NCBI GenBank assembly: GCA_034429935.1
Contig: DAOUFJ010000018.1
Span: forward strand, 19,862 to 83,861
Length of the DNA stretch: 64,000 bases
DNA from: Dehalococcoidales bacterium
GTDB taxonomy: Bacteria > Chloroflexota > Dehalococcoidia > Dehalococcoidales > UBA5627
Reading direction: 5' to 3'
Shown: one piece after another, positions 53,487 to 61,716 of the stretch
Position numbering within the stretch: position 1 is the stretch's first letter
Layout of the letters: every line of letters starts with the position of its first letter
The notes under the pieces: model-generated
Told to the model about the DNA's origin: nothing
Database searches by the model: none
Seen by the model: the letters and a program-made list of their open reading frames with translations, nothing else
Made by a program: the position numbers and the translations under genes

Positions 53487-53630
53487 AACAGTGAATTTCA
53501 CTCCATCTTTACTTGGTATTTATATCAATTATATAACTTGTTCAGTAAAGGATGAGTAAAGAATGGGGGGGTAACTTTCAATTCTTTTTATTCGGTAGTT
53601 GTCTCCCGAATTGAAAATCAGGGTATGCCG

Positions 53631-54683
53631 TTAGATTACCAGTAAAAGGCCGACCAGGGATAAAACCGCAATGGGAGGCAGCGCAGGCATCGGTTTGCCT
53701 TTCAGTATGTATGATTGAATCAGATATGCGCAAATAAGTCCGGCAAGGGAGAATATGGCAACCAGCACGGCGGAGTTCAATCCCAGTGCAAAATAAACCG
53801 CCGAGGTCAGAAGCAGAGGGAATCCGATGTCGCCGCCGCCCAGAATCGAGTGGCTGAAACGTTCGGATTTCTTTCCTGTTTCTGCGGGGGTTGTATTTTG
53901 GGTGGCAGGGCTTTTCAGGCTGCCTGTCCATTCATTGATGCTGGATGGGATTACGAAGGCCGGCAGGCTGTCCGATGATTCCATTTTCTTTGCCATCCAT
54001 GTCATGAACCCGAAGCGCACGGCAAGGAAGTCGTAAACCGCAATTACCAGCAGTAGTATCATGGCCGTCCACGGTGACACCAGTCGTCCGAAGACCGCAC
54101 CCAGGCTGACCATGGTCAGTATCATGATGATGTTATGCAGCCATATCCTGGGCATGAAGAACCACAGTATGCCCGTAGCCAGCGCAATAACGATGGATGG
54201 AATGAACGGCATCCAGAAAACGAGAACGATAAATATTCCCCATGAAAACAGGAAAGCGAACAATGCCCGGAATAACAGTTTCAATGCCGATAGAGGTATG
54301 GCAAACAGCACTATTCCCAGCACAATTACGACACCGAAAAAGTAGAGCAGGATGGCTCCCAGCGATGAGAATATCGGCGTTTTCGAGATCAGTTCGGTTA
54401 CCACTTCCGTAACCTGGGTTTGCGTTTCAGTCGTGGTGATGACCAAGTTGGAGACGGTGGTGGTTCTAATCTCCGTGGTCGTGTTGGTTGTCGTTCCGGT
54501 AGTTGTTGCCGTGGTGGTTGTCGGCCACAATATCACTTCTTCCGGCTGGGTGGGAATAACTATCTCATGTTCCTCAAAATAAGCATCTTCACGTATAATG
54601 ACGCCGAATGTGATTGCCTGAGCAACGATAAATATCAAAATGCCCCAGTATAAGGGCTTGATTTTGAAGTTCTTCCAGTTCAT
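53631..54683 (-). CDS. Presenilin/signal-peptide-peptidase-type (A22 family) intramembrane aspartyl protease homologue
   Basis: 350 aa polytopic protein. Catalytic signatures in the canonical order: YD (IAVYDFLAV, D218 at 54030-54032), GxGD (ILGGGDIGFP, D285 at 53829-53831) and PAL (PMPALPP, 53679-53687). A Thr-rich extracytoplasmic insert follows TM1. Confidence 0.75.
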   Translation of the reverse strand: MNWKNFKIKPLYWGILIFIVAQAITFGVIIREDAYFEEHEIVIPTQPEEVILWPTTTTATTTGTTTNTTTEIRTTTVSNLVITTTETQTQVTEVVTELISKTPIFSSLGAILLYFFGVVIVLGIVLFAIPLSALKLLFRALFAFLFSWGIFIVLVFWMPFIPSIVIALATGILWFFMPRIWLHNIIMILTMVSLGAVFGRLVSPWTAMILLLVIAVYDFLAVRFGFMTWMAKKMESSDSLPAFVIPSSINEWTGSLKSPATQNTTPAETGKKSERFSHSILGGGDIGFPLLLTSAVYFALGLNSAVLVAIFSLAGLICAYLIQSYILKGKPMPALPPIAVLSLVGLLLVI

Positions 54684-54800
54684 TGTCCGTCCATTCTAAA
54701 CTACAGATATTTAAATGTCTAATTTTGCTTTTGTTTTTTCTGTATTGTATAGTCCCTTTATGCCGATATTTATGTGGCAGGGTAATTAAAGTGAATCAAG

Positions 54801-54873
54801 TCTGTCATTCTGGAATCCCGACCTGCCGTGATGAAGAATACGGGGAGTGGTAATAATATTTCTTCTCTCCCCC
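54801..54873. repeat. Palindromic repeat module R8
   Basis: TCTGTCATTCTGGAATCCCGACCTGCCGTGATGAAGAATACGGGGAGTGGTAATAATATTTCTTCTCTCCCCC. It combines the GTCATTCTG...GAAGAAT type with a GGGGAG...CTCCCC hairpin. Confidence 0.7.
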
Positions 54874-55021
54874 AAAAATACTAATGATAAAAATAGCCAT
54901 AATTAATACCTTTGAACTATAAAACCATTGTGTTTTGTAGAAGAACCGCTATAATAAAAACGCACGGTTTGTGAAAAGGATACTTGATATTTGATAAAAT
55001 TAAGGTAAAATGTGGTGAATT

Positions 55022-55810
55022 ATGATAGAAGTACTGCGCAATAAAAATCAAACCACGAAGTTCCAGATTCTTGTCGAAATCGCCGATAAAGGCCCCGATA
55101 TACAGCAGCGCGAAATTGCCAGGGAGCTGGATATCACCCCGCAGGCGGTATCCGATTATATCGCACAGCTCATCAATGAGGGCATGCTGGTTGCGCTGGG
55201 CCGTTCCAGTTACCGTGTAACCAACGAGGGCGTCAACTGGGTAATCAAGTCTCTCAGGGAATTAAACAGCTACAATAACTTTATCCAGAGGGCTGTAAAT
55301 AATATATCCGTCTGTGCGGCTTTGGCGGAAGATGATTTGAAGCAGAACCAGCCGGTGTCTCTGGTTATGAAGGACGGATTGCTTTATGCTTCTTCCAAAG
55401 TCGATAACGGGGCGACCGGTTTTACCGTCTCGAGTGCCGGAGCAGGGGATGACGTCGGCATCTCGGGAGTCAAAGGCATAGTCGCTCTGAGGACAGGCAA
55501 CGTCACGATATTGAAAATTCCCGATATTTCGAGGGGCGGTTCCCGCAGGGTCAATTATAATGCGCTTAAAAAATATGCGGCTGCCGGCGATATAATAGTG
55601 GGTTTGGGGCTGGAAGCCTATGCCGCACTGCGTAAAGCGGGTGCCGATTTTTACAGGTACGGGGCTGTCGAGGTTACGGTTGAGGCTGCCAGGACAGGGC
55701 TCAACCCGTTCGTTGTCTGTGTCGAAGGGGCGCTCAACGAATTGATTATCCGGCTGGAAAAGGAGAAAATCCACTACGAACTCGTTGCGGAGTCGAGCTT
55801 ACCGGGATGA
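55022..55810 (+). CDS. Winged-helix transcriptional regulator with uncharacterised C-terminal domain
   Basis: 262 aa. The N-terminal wHTH (QREIARELDITPQAVSDYIAQLINEGMLV...YRVTNEGVNWV) is MarR/ArsR-like. The C-terminal ~170 aa were not recognised. Confidence 0.65.
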   Translation: MIEVLRNKNQTTKFQILVEIADKGPDIQQREIARELDITPQAVSDYIAQLINEGMLVALGRSSYRVTNEGVNWVIKSLRELNSYNNFIQRAVNNISVCAALAEDDLKQNQPVSLVMKDGLLYASSKVDNGATGFTVSSAGAGDDVGISGVKGIVALRTGNVTILKIPDISRGGSRRVNYNALKKYAAAGDIIVGLGLEAYAALRKAGADFYRYGAVEVTVEAARTGLNPFVVCVEGALNELIIRLEKEKIHYELVAESSLPG

Positions 55811-55828
55811 TATTTGAAATCCGTCCAT

Positions 55829-55895
55829 GTCCGTCATTCTTGAGCCCTCAGAGTTTATAATGAGTGAATCTAATATACTTTCCATGGAATGACAT
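55829..55895. repeat. Palindromic repeat module R9
   Basis: GTCCGTCATTCTTGAGCCCTCAGAG...CCATGGAATGACAT, with GTCATTC/GAATGAC terminal inverted repeats. Confidence 0.65.
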
Positions 55896-55956
55896 TGAGT
55901 GATAGTACATTCTGCCCAGCCTCTGGAAAAAATCCATTGTTAACACTGAAAAACTA

Positions 55957-55985
55957 TTGACAATGCCTCTGTTTCTTATTATAAT
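55957..55985 (+). promoter_or_regulatory. Consensus sigma-70-type promoter of the btuF-cob operon
   Basis: TTGACA (55957-55962), a 17-nt spacer, then TATAAT (55980-55985). Both hexamers match the consensus perfectly. Lies about 50 nt upstream of the btuF-like start. Confidence 0.65.
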
Positions 55986-55993
55986 CAAGTAAA

Positions 55994-56007
55994 ATTGATA
56001 ATTATCA
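55994..56007. promoter_or_regulatory. Perfect 14-bp palindrome (candidate operator) just downstream of the -10 box
   Basis: TTGATAATTATCAA. The half-site TGATAAT resembles Fur-box half-sites. The position overlaps the predicted transcription start. Confidence 0.4.
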
Positions 56008-56035
56008 AGAAAAGTTTAGTTAGTGAGGCGTTAAT

Positions 56036-57118
56036 TTGAAGAAATTTACAAGGATTATTTCTATTATAGGTTTAATTGCAATTATGGCTCTGTCGGTTCC
56101 GTTCGTTACCGGTTGCGAACCGGAGGTGGAAACGGTAACGGCGACCACCACGAAAACGACAACATCGACATCTGCCACAACTGTAACTTCCACAGCTACC
56201 GAAACCATCAATAACACCGTTACTTCTACATCGACTACAACCGAGACTTCGGTATCCACGGTAACCGAAACCGTCCAGTTGATTTCCGTTACCGATGATG
56301 CGGGTATAACTTATACCTTCGAAGGGCCGGTCGATTCTATCGTTTCCCTGGCTCCGAGCATTACGGAAATGGTCTATTTCGTAAATGCCGGAGATAAATT
56401 AATCGGCAGAACCGATTACTGTAATTATCCGGAAGAAGTAAGCGAAGTCGCCAGTATCGGCGGTTATTACAGCCCCGATGTCGAATTAATCGTATCGCTC
56501 GACCCGGATGTGGTGCTGGCGGACAGCATCCAGGTTGACACCGGGGATGTGGAATATTTGCAGTCGCTGGGCATGACGGTTATCGTTATCGACTCCAAGA
56601 ATATCGATGATATCCTGGATAATATCCTTCTCGTCGGCGAGATAACCGGCAATCTGGATACCGCCACCGAAGGCGTTGCCGGGTTACAGGCAAGAATCGA
56701 TGCCGTTGTCGAAACGATTGCAGCAGCCAATATAAGTGATGAGGATAAACCGGGTGTTTTGCATGTTACCTGGTATGACCCACTGTGGACTATCGGTCAG
56801 GGGTCGTTCTTGAACATAGTTATCGAGATGGCGGGCGGCGTCAATATTTTTAATGATATTACAGACAGCGATTTTCAGGCTGACCTTGAGCAGGCTATCT
56901 CTCGTAATCCCGATGTGATTACGGTGGTATCCGACCATGGCTCCGAGACGTCTTATTATTATGTTCTTGACGAAGGTTCGCCGTTTATCGAGACCAATGC
57001 CTATATTAACGGCGATGTCTATATCGTAGATTCCGATATCGTTTGCCGCCCCGGACCGCGCATAGTCGATGCCCTGGAGTTGTACGCGAAATTGCTGTAT
57101 CCTGAGTTGTTCTCTTAG
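56036..57118 (+). CDS. btuF: Cobalamin/siderophore-type periplasmic-binding lipoprotein (BtuF-like) with Thr-rich stalk
   Basis: 360 aa. TTG start with a GAGG SD. Lipobox FVTGC (Cys27 at 56114-56116), about 55 aa of T/S/V-rich linker, then a Peripla_BP_2 fold (IVSLAPSITEMVYFVNAGDKLIGRTDYCNYPEE). Confidence 0.8.
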   Translation: MKKFTRIISIIGLIAIMALSVPFVTGCEPEVETVTATTTKTTTSTSATTVTSTATETINNTVTSTSTTTETSVSTVTETVQLISVTDDAGITYTFEGPVDSIVSLAPSITEMVYFVNAGDKLIGRTDYCNYPEEVSEVASIGGYYSPDVELIVSLDPDVVLADSIQVDTGDVEYLQSLGMTVIVIDSKNIDDILDNILLVGEITGNLDTATEGVAGLQARIDAVVETIAAANISDEDKPGVLHVTWYDPLWTIGQGSFLNIVIEMAGGVNIFNDITDSDFQADLEQAISRNPDVITVVSDHGSETSYYYVLDEGSPFIETNAYINGDVYIVDSDIVCRPGPRIVDALELYAKLLYPELFS

Positions 57119-57219
57119 GTAATGATGGATTAATCGAATAAGCTGTCCAGCCTGGAAAAGGCAAAATCCTTTCCGGGCTGGTGCTGTTTACCTATCTTTT
57201 TGGGAATTTAATTAGAATT

Positions 57220-58296
57220 ATGGTTGAAGAACAAAAAACAGAATATATAATGCCGGCTGCTCCCCTCAAATGGAAAAGCCGGCTGATTGCCGTTGCCTGC
57301 CTGATTATCGTTCTGCTGGCTGTTGTTGTCATAGCGGTCAGCACGGGCAGCAGCCAGGTTCCTTTCTTGACTACCATAAGCGTTATTCTTTCCAGAATTC
57401 CCTTTCTGAATATACCGGAAACGTGGCCGGGCACCGTCGAGACGATTGTCATGAACATACGCATGCCGCGGGTTATTCTGGCCGGTGTTTCCGGGGCGGC
57501 TCTGGCTGTTGCCGGAGCGACATACCAGGGGCTTTTCCGTAACCCTCTGGCAGACCCTTATCTTGTGGGTGTTTCACAGGGTGCGGCGCTGGGCGCCGTC
57601 ATCGGCTTCCTTATTCCCGTAAGCAGTGAATTCTGGAGCCTGAACATAGTATCCGTATTTGCCTTTATCGGCGGTCTGGGAGCGGTATTCGTGGTATATT
57701 CGCTGGGCAAGGTGGGGAAAAGCCTGCCGATGACCACGCTGATACTTGCCGGAGTTGCCCTGGGCGCTTTCTTATCGGCCATAACGTCTTATTTGTTGAT
57801 TACCAGCGATGAATCCCTGCACGGCATATCCTCGTGGCTGATGGGCGGATTCTCGGCTCCCGAGTGGAGCCATGTATGGGTTGCAGCCCCGATTATCACT
57901 CTGGGGACGCTTTTCATCTGTCTTTTCGGCCGTCCGCTGAATGTGATGCAGCTCGATGAAGACCAGGCGCAGCAGCTCGGCATCAACGTTGAACTGACCA
58001 AGCGTATTTTGCTGGTTGTCGCTACTTTGATTACGGCGGCGGCGGTTTGTTTCGGCGGCATCATCGGTTTTGTCGGAATCATCATTCCTCATGCCGTTCG
58101 CCTGATATGGGGGCCGGATTTCCGTTTCCTGCTGCCCCTTTCCATCGTGTGTGGCAGCATCTTTCTTATTCTGGCAGACTTATTATCCAGGACGCTGTTA
58201 TCACCCACCGAGATACCTCTGGGTATAGTTACCGCTTTCTTCGGTGCTCCGTTCTTCCTGTATCTCTTGAGGAGAAAGAAGAGAGCCGTTTTTTAA
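57220..58296 (+). CDS. btuC: FecCD-family ABC permease (BtuC-like)
   Basis: Motifs RMPRVILAGVSGAALAVAGATYQGLFRNPLADPYLVGVSQGAALGA and IPLGIVTAFFGAPFFLYLL. The start is uncertain (track GTG 57181; ATG 57220 or 57250). Confidence 0.88.
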   Translation: MVEEQKTEYIMPAAPLKWKSRLIAVACLIIVLLAVVVIAVSTGSSQVPFLTTISVILSRIPFLNIPETWPGTVETIVMNIRMPRVILAGVSGAALAVAGATYQGLFRNPLADPYLVGVSQGAALGAVIGFLIPVSSEFWSLNIVSVFAFIGGLGAVFVVYSLGKVGKSLPMTTLILAGVALGAFLSAITSYLLITSDESLHGISSWLMGGFSAPEWSHVWVAAPIITLGTLFICLFGRPLNVMQLDEDQAQQLGINVELTKRILLVVATLITAAAVCFGGIIGFVGIIIPHAVRLIWGPDFRFLLPLSIVCGSIFLILADLLSRTLLSPTEIPLGIVTAFFGAPFFLYLLRRKKRAVF

Positions 58297-58311
58297 AAGG
58301 GGGTAAAGTAC

Positions 58312-59115
58312 ATGCATCGATTATCGTTAAAAAATGTAACGCTGGGATACGACGGCAGGATGGTTTTATCGGGCGTAAGCCTTGAAGTCGTTCCGGGTGA
58401 AGTGCTTGGCATCGTTGGCCCCAATGGGTGCGGCAAGTCCACCCTGATAAAGGGCGTCACGAAGGTTATTCCGCTGGCGGACGGTGACATCCTGCTCGAT
58501 GATAAATCGCTGCTTAAGCTGCCTCAGAATGAAATCGCACGCTATATCGCTGTGGTTCCGCAATCTGCTTCGCTGCCGGAGGCATTTACGGCTTTCGAAA
58601 TAGTCCTGATGGGGCGTACTCCTCATATGGGGTTTCTTCAGTACGAGGGACAGAACGATGTCGATATTGCCGTTAAAGCAATGAAATTGACGGATACTTT
58701 TCACCTGGCGGGGCGTCGTGCCGGAGAACTATCGGGCGGCGAGAAACAGCGTTTGACGATTGCCCGCGCACTGGCGCAGCAGCCGGAAATAATCCTTCTT
58801 GACGAACCGACTTCGCATCTTGATATAAACTACCAGATAGAAACGCTGGGGCTCATTTCCGAACTCTGTAAAAGAGATGGTCTGGCGGTGCTGGCAGCCC
58901 TGCACGACCTCAATCTGGCTGCCCAGTATTGCGACCGTATCATAATGCTGGATAAAGGCTGCATCTTTGCGGAAGGCAGTCCCTGCGAGGTGGTTACGGC
59001 GTTCAACGTAAAGCAGGTTTACGGCGCCGATGTTTGCATATCTTCACATCCGGTCAACAAACTCCCGGTGACGCTGGTCACGGGCAACCGGAATCATAAC
59101 GGGGACAGCAATTAA
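58312..59115 (+). CDS. btuD: ABC transporter ATP-binding protein (BtuD/FepC-like)
   Basis: 267 aa. Walker A GPNGCGKST, signature LSGGEKQRLTIARAL, Walker B IILLDEPTSHLD. Confidence 0.9.
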   Translation: MHRLSLKNVTLGYDGRMVLSGVSLEVVPGEVLGIVGPNGCGKSTLIKGVTKVIPLADGDILLDDKSLLKLPQNEIARYIAVVPQSASLPEAFTAFEIVLMGRTPHMGFLQYEGQNDVDIAVKAMKLTDTFHLAGRRAGELSGGEKQRLTIARALAQQPEIILLDEPTSHLDINYQIETLGLISELCKRDGLAVLAALHDLNLAAQYCDRIIMLDKGCIFAEGSPCEVVTAFNVKQVYGADVCISSHPVNKLPVTLVTGNRNHNGDSN

Positions 59116-59136
59116 TTCGGACAAAGTGGAGGCAAT

Positions 59137-59685
59137 ATGCCGCAGGACGCGCAGGATTCGATAGGCATGGGATATATTCAAATCTATACCGGGAACTGCA
59201 AGGGCAAAACGACGGCTGCCCTCGGATTGGCGTTTCGCGCCATGGGGCACGGTTTTAAAACCTACATCGGGCAGTTTATTAAAAAACATCCGTACGGAGA
59301 GATTCAATCGGCACAAATGGTATCTCAATATATTACCATCGAGCAGTACGGCAGGGGCGCCTTCATCCACGTTTCGGAAACAATCTCTCAGGAAGATATC
59401 GAGTTTGCCCGAAAGGGTCTTGCGAGGGCAACCGGTGTCATGCTATCCGGGGAGTATAATATAATTGTCCTGGATGAGATTCTCACCGCCTGTCACTTCA
59501 ACCTCATATCTCAAGCAGATATTTTGAGAATAATGTCAGAGAAACCGTTCGGCGTGGAATTGGTGCTTACCGGAAGGTATGCCACTGCTGATATAATAGA
59601 AGCTGCCGACCTGGTGACCGAGATGACGGAGGTTAAGCATTATTATCAAAAAGGAGTCGCTGCCAGGCCGGGTATAGAACGCTGA
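59137..59685 (+). CDS. cobO: Cob(I)yrinic acid a,c-diamide / cob(I)alamin adenosyltransferase (CobA/CobO/BtuR type)
   Basis: 182 aa. GYIQIYTGNCKGKTTAALGLAFRAMGHG P-loop, LDEILTA, ELVLTGR, MTEVKH. Confidence 0.88.
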   Translation: MPQDAQDSIGMGYIQIYTGNCKGKTTAALGLAFRAMGHGFKTYIGQFIKKHPYGEIQSAQMVSQYITIEQYGRGAFIHVSETISQEDIEFARKGLARATGVMLSGEYNIIVLDEILTACHFNLISQADILRIMSEKPFGVELVLTGRYATADIIEAADLVTEMTEVKHYYQKGVAARPGIER

Positions 59686-59704
59686 ATAGTCGAGGGTTGG
59701 ATGT

Positions 59705-60643
59705 TTGGAGAATCTGCTTGTTTTGCCGCTGGCGCTGCTTATCGACCTTGTTATTGGTGAATATCCCGCCCGCCTGCATCCGGTGGTGTGGATGGGTGGG
59801 GTGATTTCCCTGTTTTTGAAAGTAGCTCCGAAAAGGAATAATGCAGCCGGATTTGTTTATGGCATATTGATAGTGCTGTTTACAATCGTATTATTCGGAT
59901 TGCCCGTTTATTTCCTGCTCGTTTACCTTAAAGAGGTATCGCTGATATTATACGTGCTGGCGGCAGCCGTATTGCTCAAGTCGTCCTTTTCCGCAAAGGC
60001 GCTGGATGTTGCCGTCCGCAAGGTAAGAGACTTTCTTTTTAAAGACAGAATCGAAGCGGCGAGGAAAGAAATAAGTTACCTTGTAAGCAGGAATATAAAT
60101 AGTTTGAACAAGAAGCAGATAACATCGGCGGCGGTGGAGGTTACTGCCGAGAGCGTTACCGATAGTATCGTGGCGCCGCTGTTTTACTGGCTGCTCCTGG
60201 GTGTTCCGGGGGCTGTCGCCTATCGCGTGGTGAATACCTTCGACGCCAGGATAGGGTATCACGGCGAATACGAATACCTGGGTAAGTTTGCCGCCCGCCT
60301 GGACGATGTTTTGAACTATATACCGGCGCGTCTTGCAGGTTTGTTGCTGGTCGTATCGTCTTGCCTTGCTAAAATGAATGTTCGCAAGTCGTGGTCGGTC
60401 ATGTTGCGTGACCATGCGAAAACGGAAAGCCCCAATGCCGGCTGGACGATGTCGGCTGCGGCGGGGGCGCTGGGGGTTCGACTGGAAAAGCCGGGATATT
60501 ATAAATTGGGGGATGATGTCAATCCGCTTTCTTTAACCTCGATATCCGGCGGTTTGAAGTTGATGTGGCTCTCTGTTTCTATCTGGTTCGTGCTCTGCAT
60601 GGTTGTTACGGGGGTTTGTTATGCCGTTATTGCCTGGAGATAA
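59705..60643 (+). CDS. cbiB: Adenosylcobinamide-phosphate synthase
   Basis: 312 aa membrane protein. LALLIDLVIGEYPARLHPVVWMG, ESVTDSIVAPLFYW, SPNAGWTMSAAAGALGVRL are typical CbiB/CobD. TTG start. Confidence 0.9.
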   Translation: MENLLVLPLALLIDLVIGEYPARLHPVVWMGGVISLFLKVAPKRNNAAGFVYGILIVLFTIVLFGLPVYFLLVYLKEVSLILYVLAAAVLLKSSFSAKALDVAVRKVRDFLFKDRIEAARKEISYLVSRNINSLNKKQITSAAVEVTAESVTDSIVAPLFYWLLLGVPGAVAYRVVNTFDARIGYHGEYEYLGKFAARLDDVLNYIPARLAGLLLVVSSCLAKMNVRKSWSVMLRDHAKTESPNAGWTMSAAAGALGVRLEKPGYYKLGDDVNPLSLTSISGGLKLMWLSVSIWFVLCMVVTGVCYAVIAWR

Positions 60644-61712
60644 TATTAATCGTATCGGCAGGGTCTGTCACGGAGGCTTGGACTATACGGAACTGGAGAA
60701 TCTCGGCATAGTTCCCGATGAAGTCATCGATTTCAGTTCCAATCTTAATCCCTTTATTCCTCTCATCGAAATGAGAGATATAGAAGACAGGATTGCCATA
60801 AACAGGTATCCCGACCCCGAATCCGTCGCTCTCAGGCAAATGATAGCTGCAAAATTGGGTTTATCGATAGAAAACATAATAGCCGGAAACGGTTCCACCG
60901 AGCTCATCCGGCTGGCGGCAACCGCTTATCTGGGGGCAGGTGACAGAGCGCTTATCGTCGAGCCTACCTATGGCGAATACCGTATCGCCTGCGGAATTGC
61001 CGGCGCCCGTATTGTCAGTCAAACGCTTTCGGAAACAATCGGATTCGAAATGGATGTGTATAATACTGTCAGGCTGATTAAAGGAAATAAGCCTAAAGTA
61101 ATATTTCTCTGCAATCCCAATAATCCGACCGGTTATTACCTCGACCGTGAACGGTTTAAGCAGATATTGAAGGCAGCGCCTGATTCCCTGATAGTCCTCG
61201 ACGAAGCCTATATATCGTTTGTCGATCACGCATGGTCTTCATTTGACTTTATCGGCGCAGGCAATCTGCTGGTGGTACGTTCGATGACAAAGGACTATGC
61301 GCTGGCTGGATTGCGTCTGGGATATTCCGTTGCCGGCAGCGAAATTATCGAAGTACTGAGTCGCATCTGCCCGCCCTGGAATGTAAATGCGGCGGCGCAG
61401 GCGGCAGGTATCGTGGCACTGGAAAATGAAGAGGCGCTGCAGGGAAGTCTTAAAGTCGTACTGGCAGGCAAATCTTATCTTGTAGAAGAACTGGATAAAT
61501 CGGGTTTCCGCTGTTTACCTTCCAAAACCAATTTCTTTCTTGTCAGAGTGGGGGATGCGGCGGAATTCAGGAGAAAACTGCTGAAAAAATCCATTCTTAT
61601 ACGGGATTGCACTTCTTTCGGGCTGCCTGGATATATCCGTATCGCTGCGGGGACTATGGAAAATAATCGTAAATTGGTTGCTGTATTGAAAGAAATGGCA
61701 GGGGAAAGATAA
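60621..61712 (+). CDS. cobD: Threonine-phosphate decarboxylase (class I/II aminotransferase fold)
   Basis: HGG near the N-terminus (VCHGGLDY), NPNNPTG, PLP-Lys context RSMTKDYALAGLRLGY. Context between cbiB and cobQ. The start is set at ATG 60621 (track TTG 60603). Confidence 0.8.
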   Translation: MPLLPGDNINRIGRVCHGGLDYTELENLGIVPDEVIDFSSNLNPFIPLIEMRDIEDRIAINRYPDPESVALRQMIAAKLGLSIENIIAGNGSTELIRLAATAYLGAGDRALIVEPTYGEYRIACGIAGARIVSQTLSETIGFEMDVYNTVRLIKGNKPKVIFLCNPNNPTGYYLDRERFKQILKAAPDSLIVLDEAYISFVDHAWSSFDFIGAGNLLVVRSMTKDYALAGLRLGYSVAGSEIIEVLSRICPPWNVNAAAQAAGIVALENEEALQGSLKVVLAGKSYLVEELDKSGFRCLPSKTNFFLVRVGDAAEFRRKLLKKSILIRDCTSFGLPGYIRIAAGTMENNRKLVAVLKEMAGER

Positions 61713-61716
61713 AGCT

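Noticed and set aside
55811-56035. Expected cobalamin riboswitch upstream of the btuF-cob operon
   Set aside because: I could not find a B12-box-like core or the conserved paired regions. The leader after the predicted promoter is only about 50 nt, too short for the ~200-nt element. A covariance-model scan is needed to be certain.
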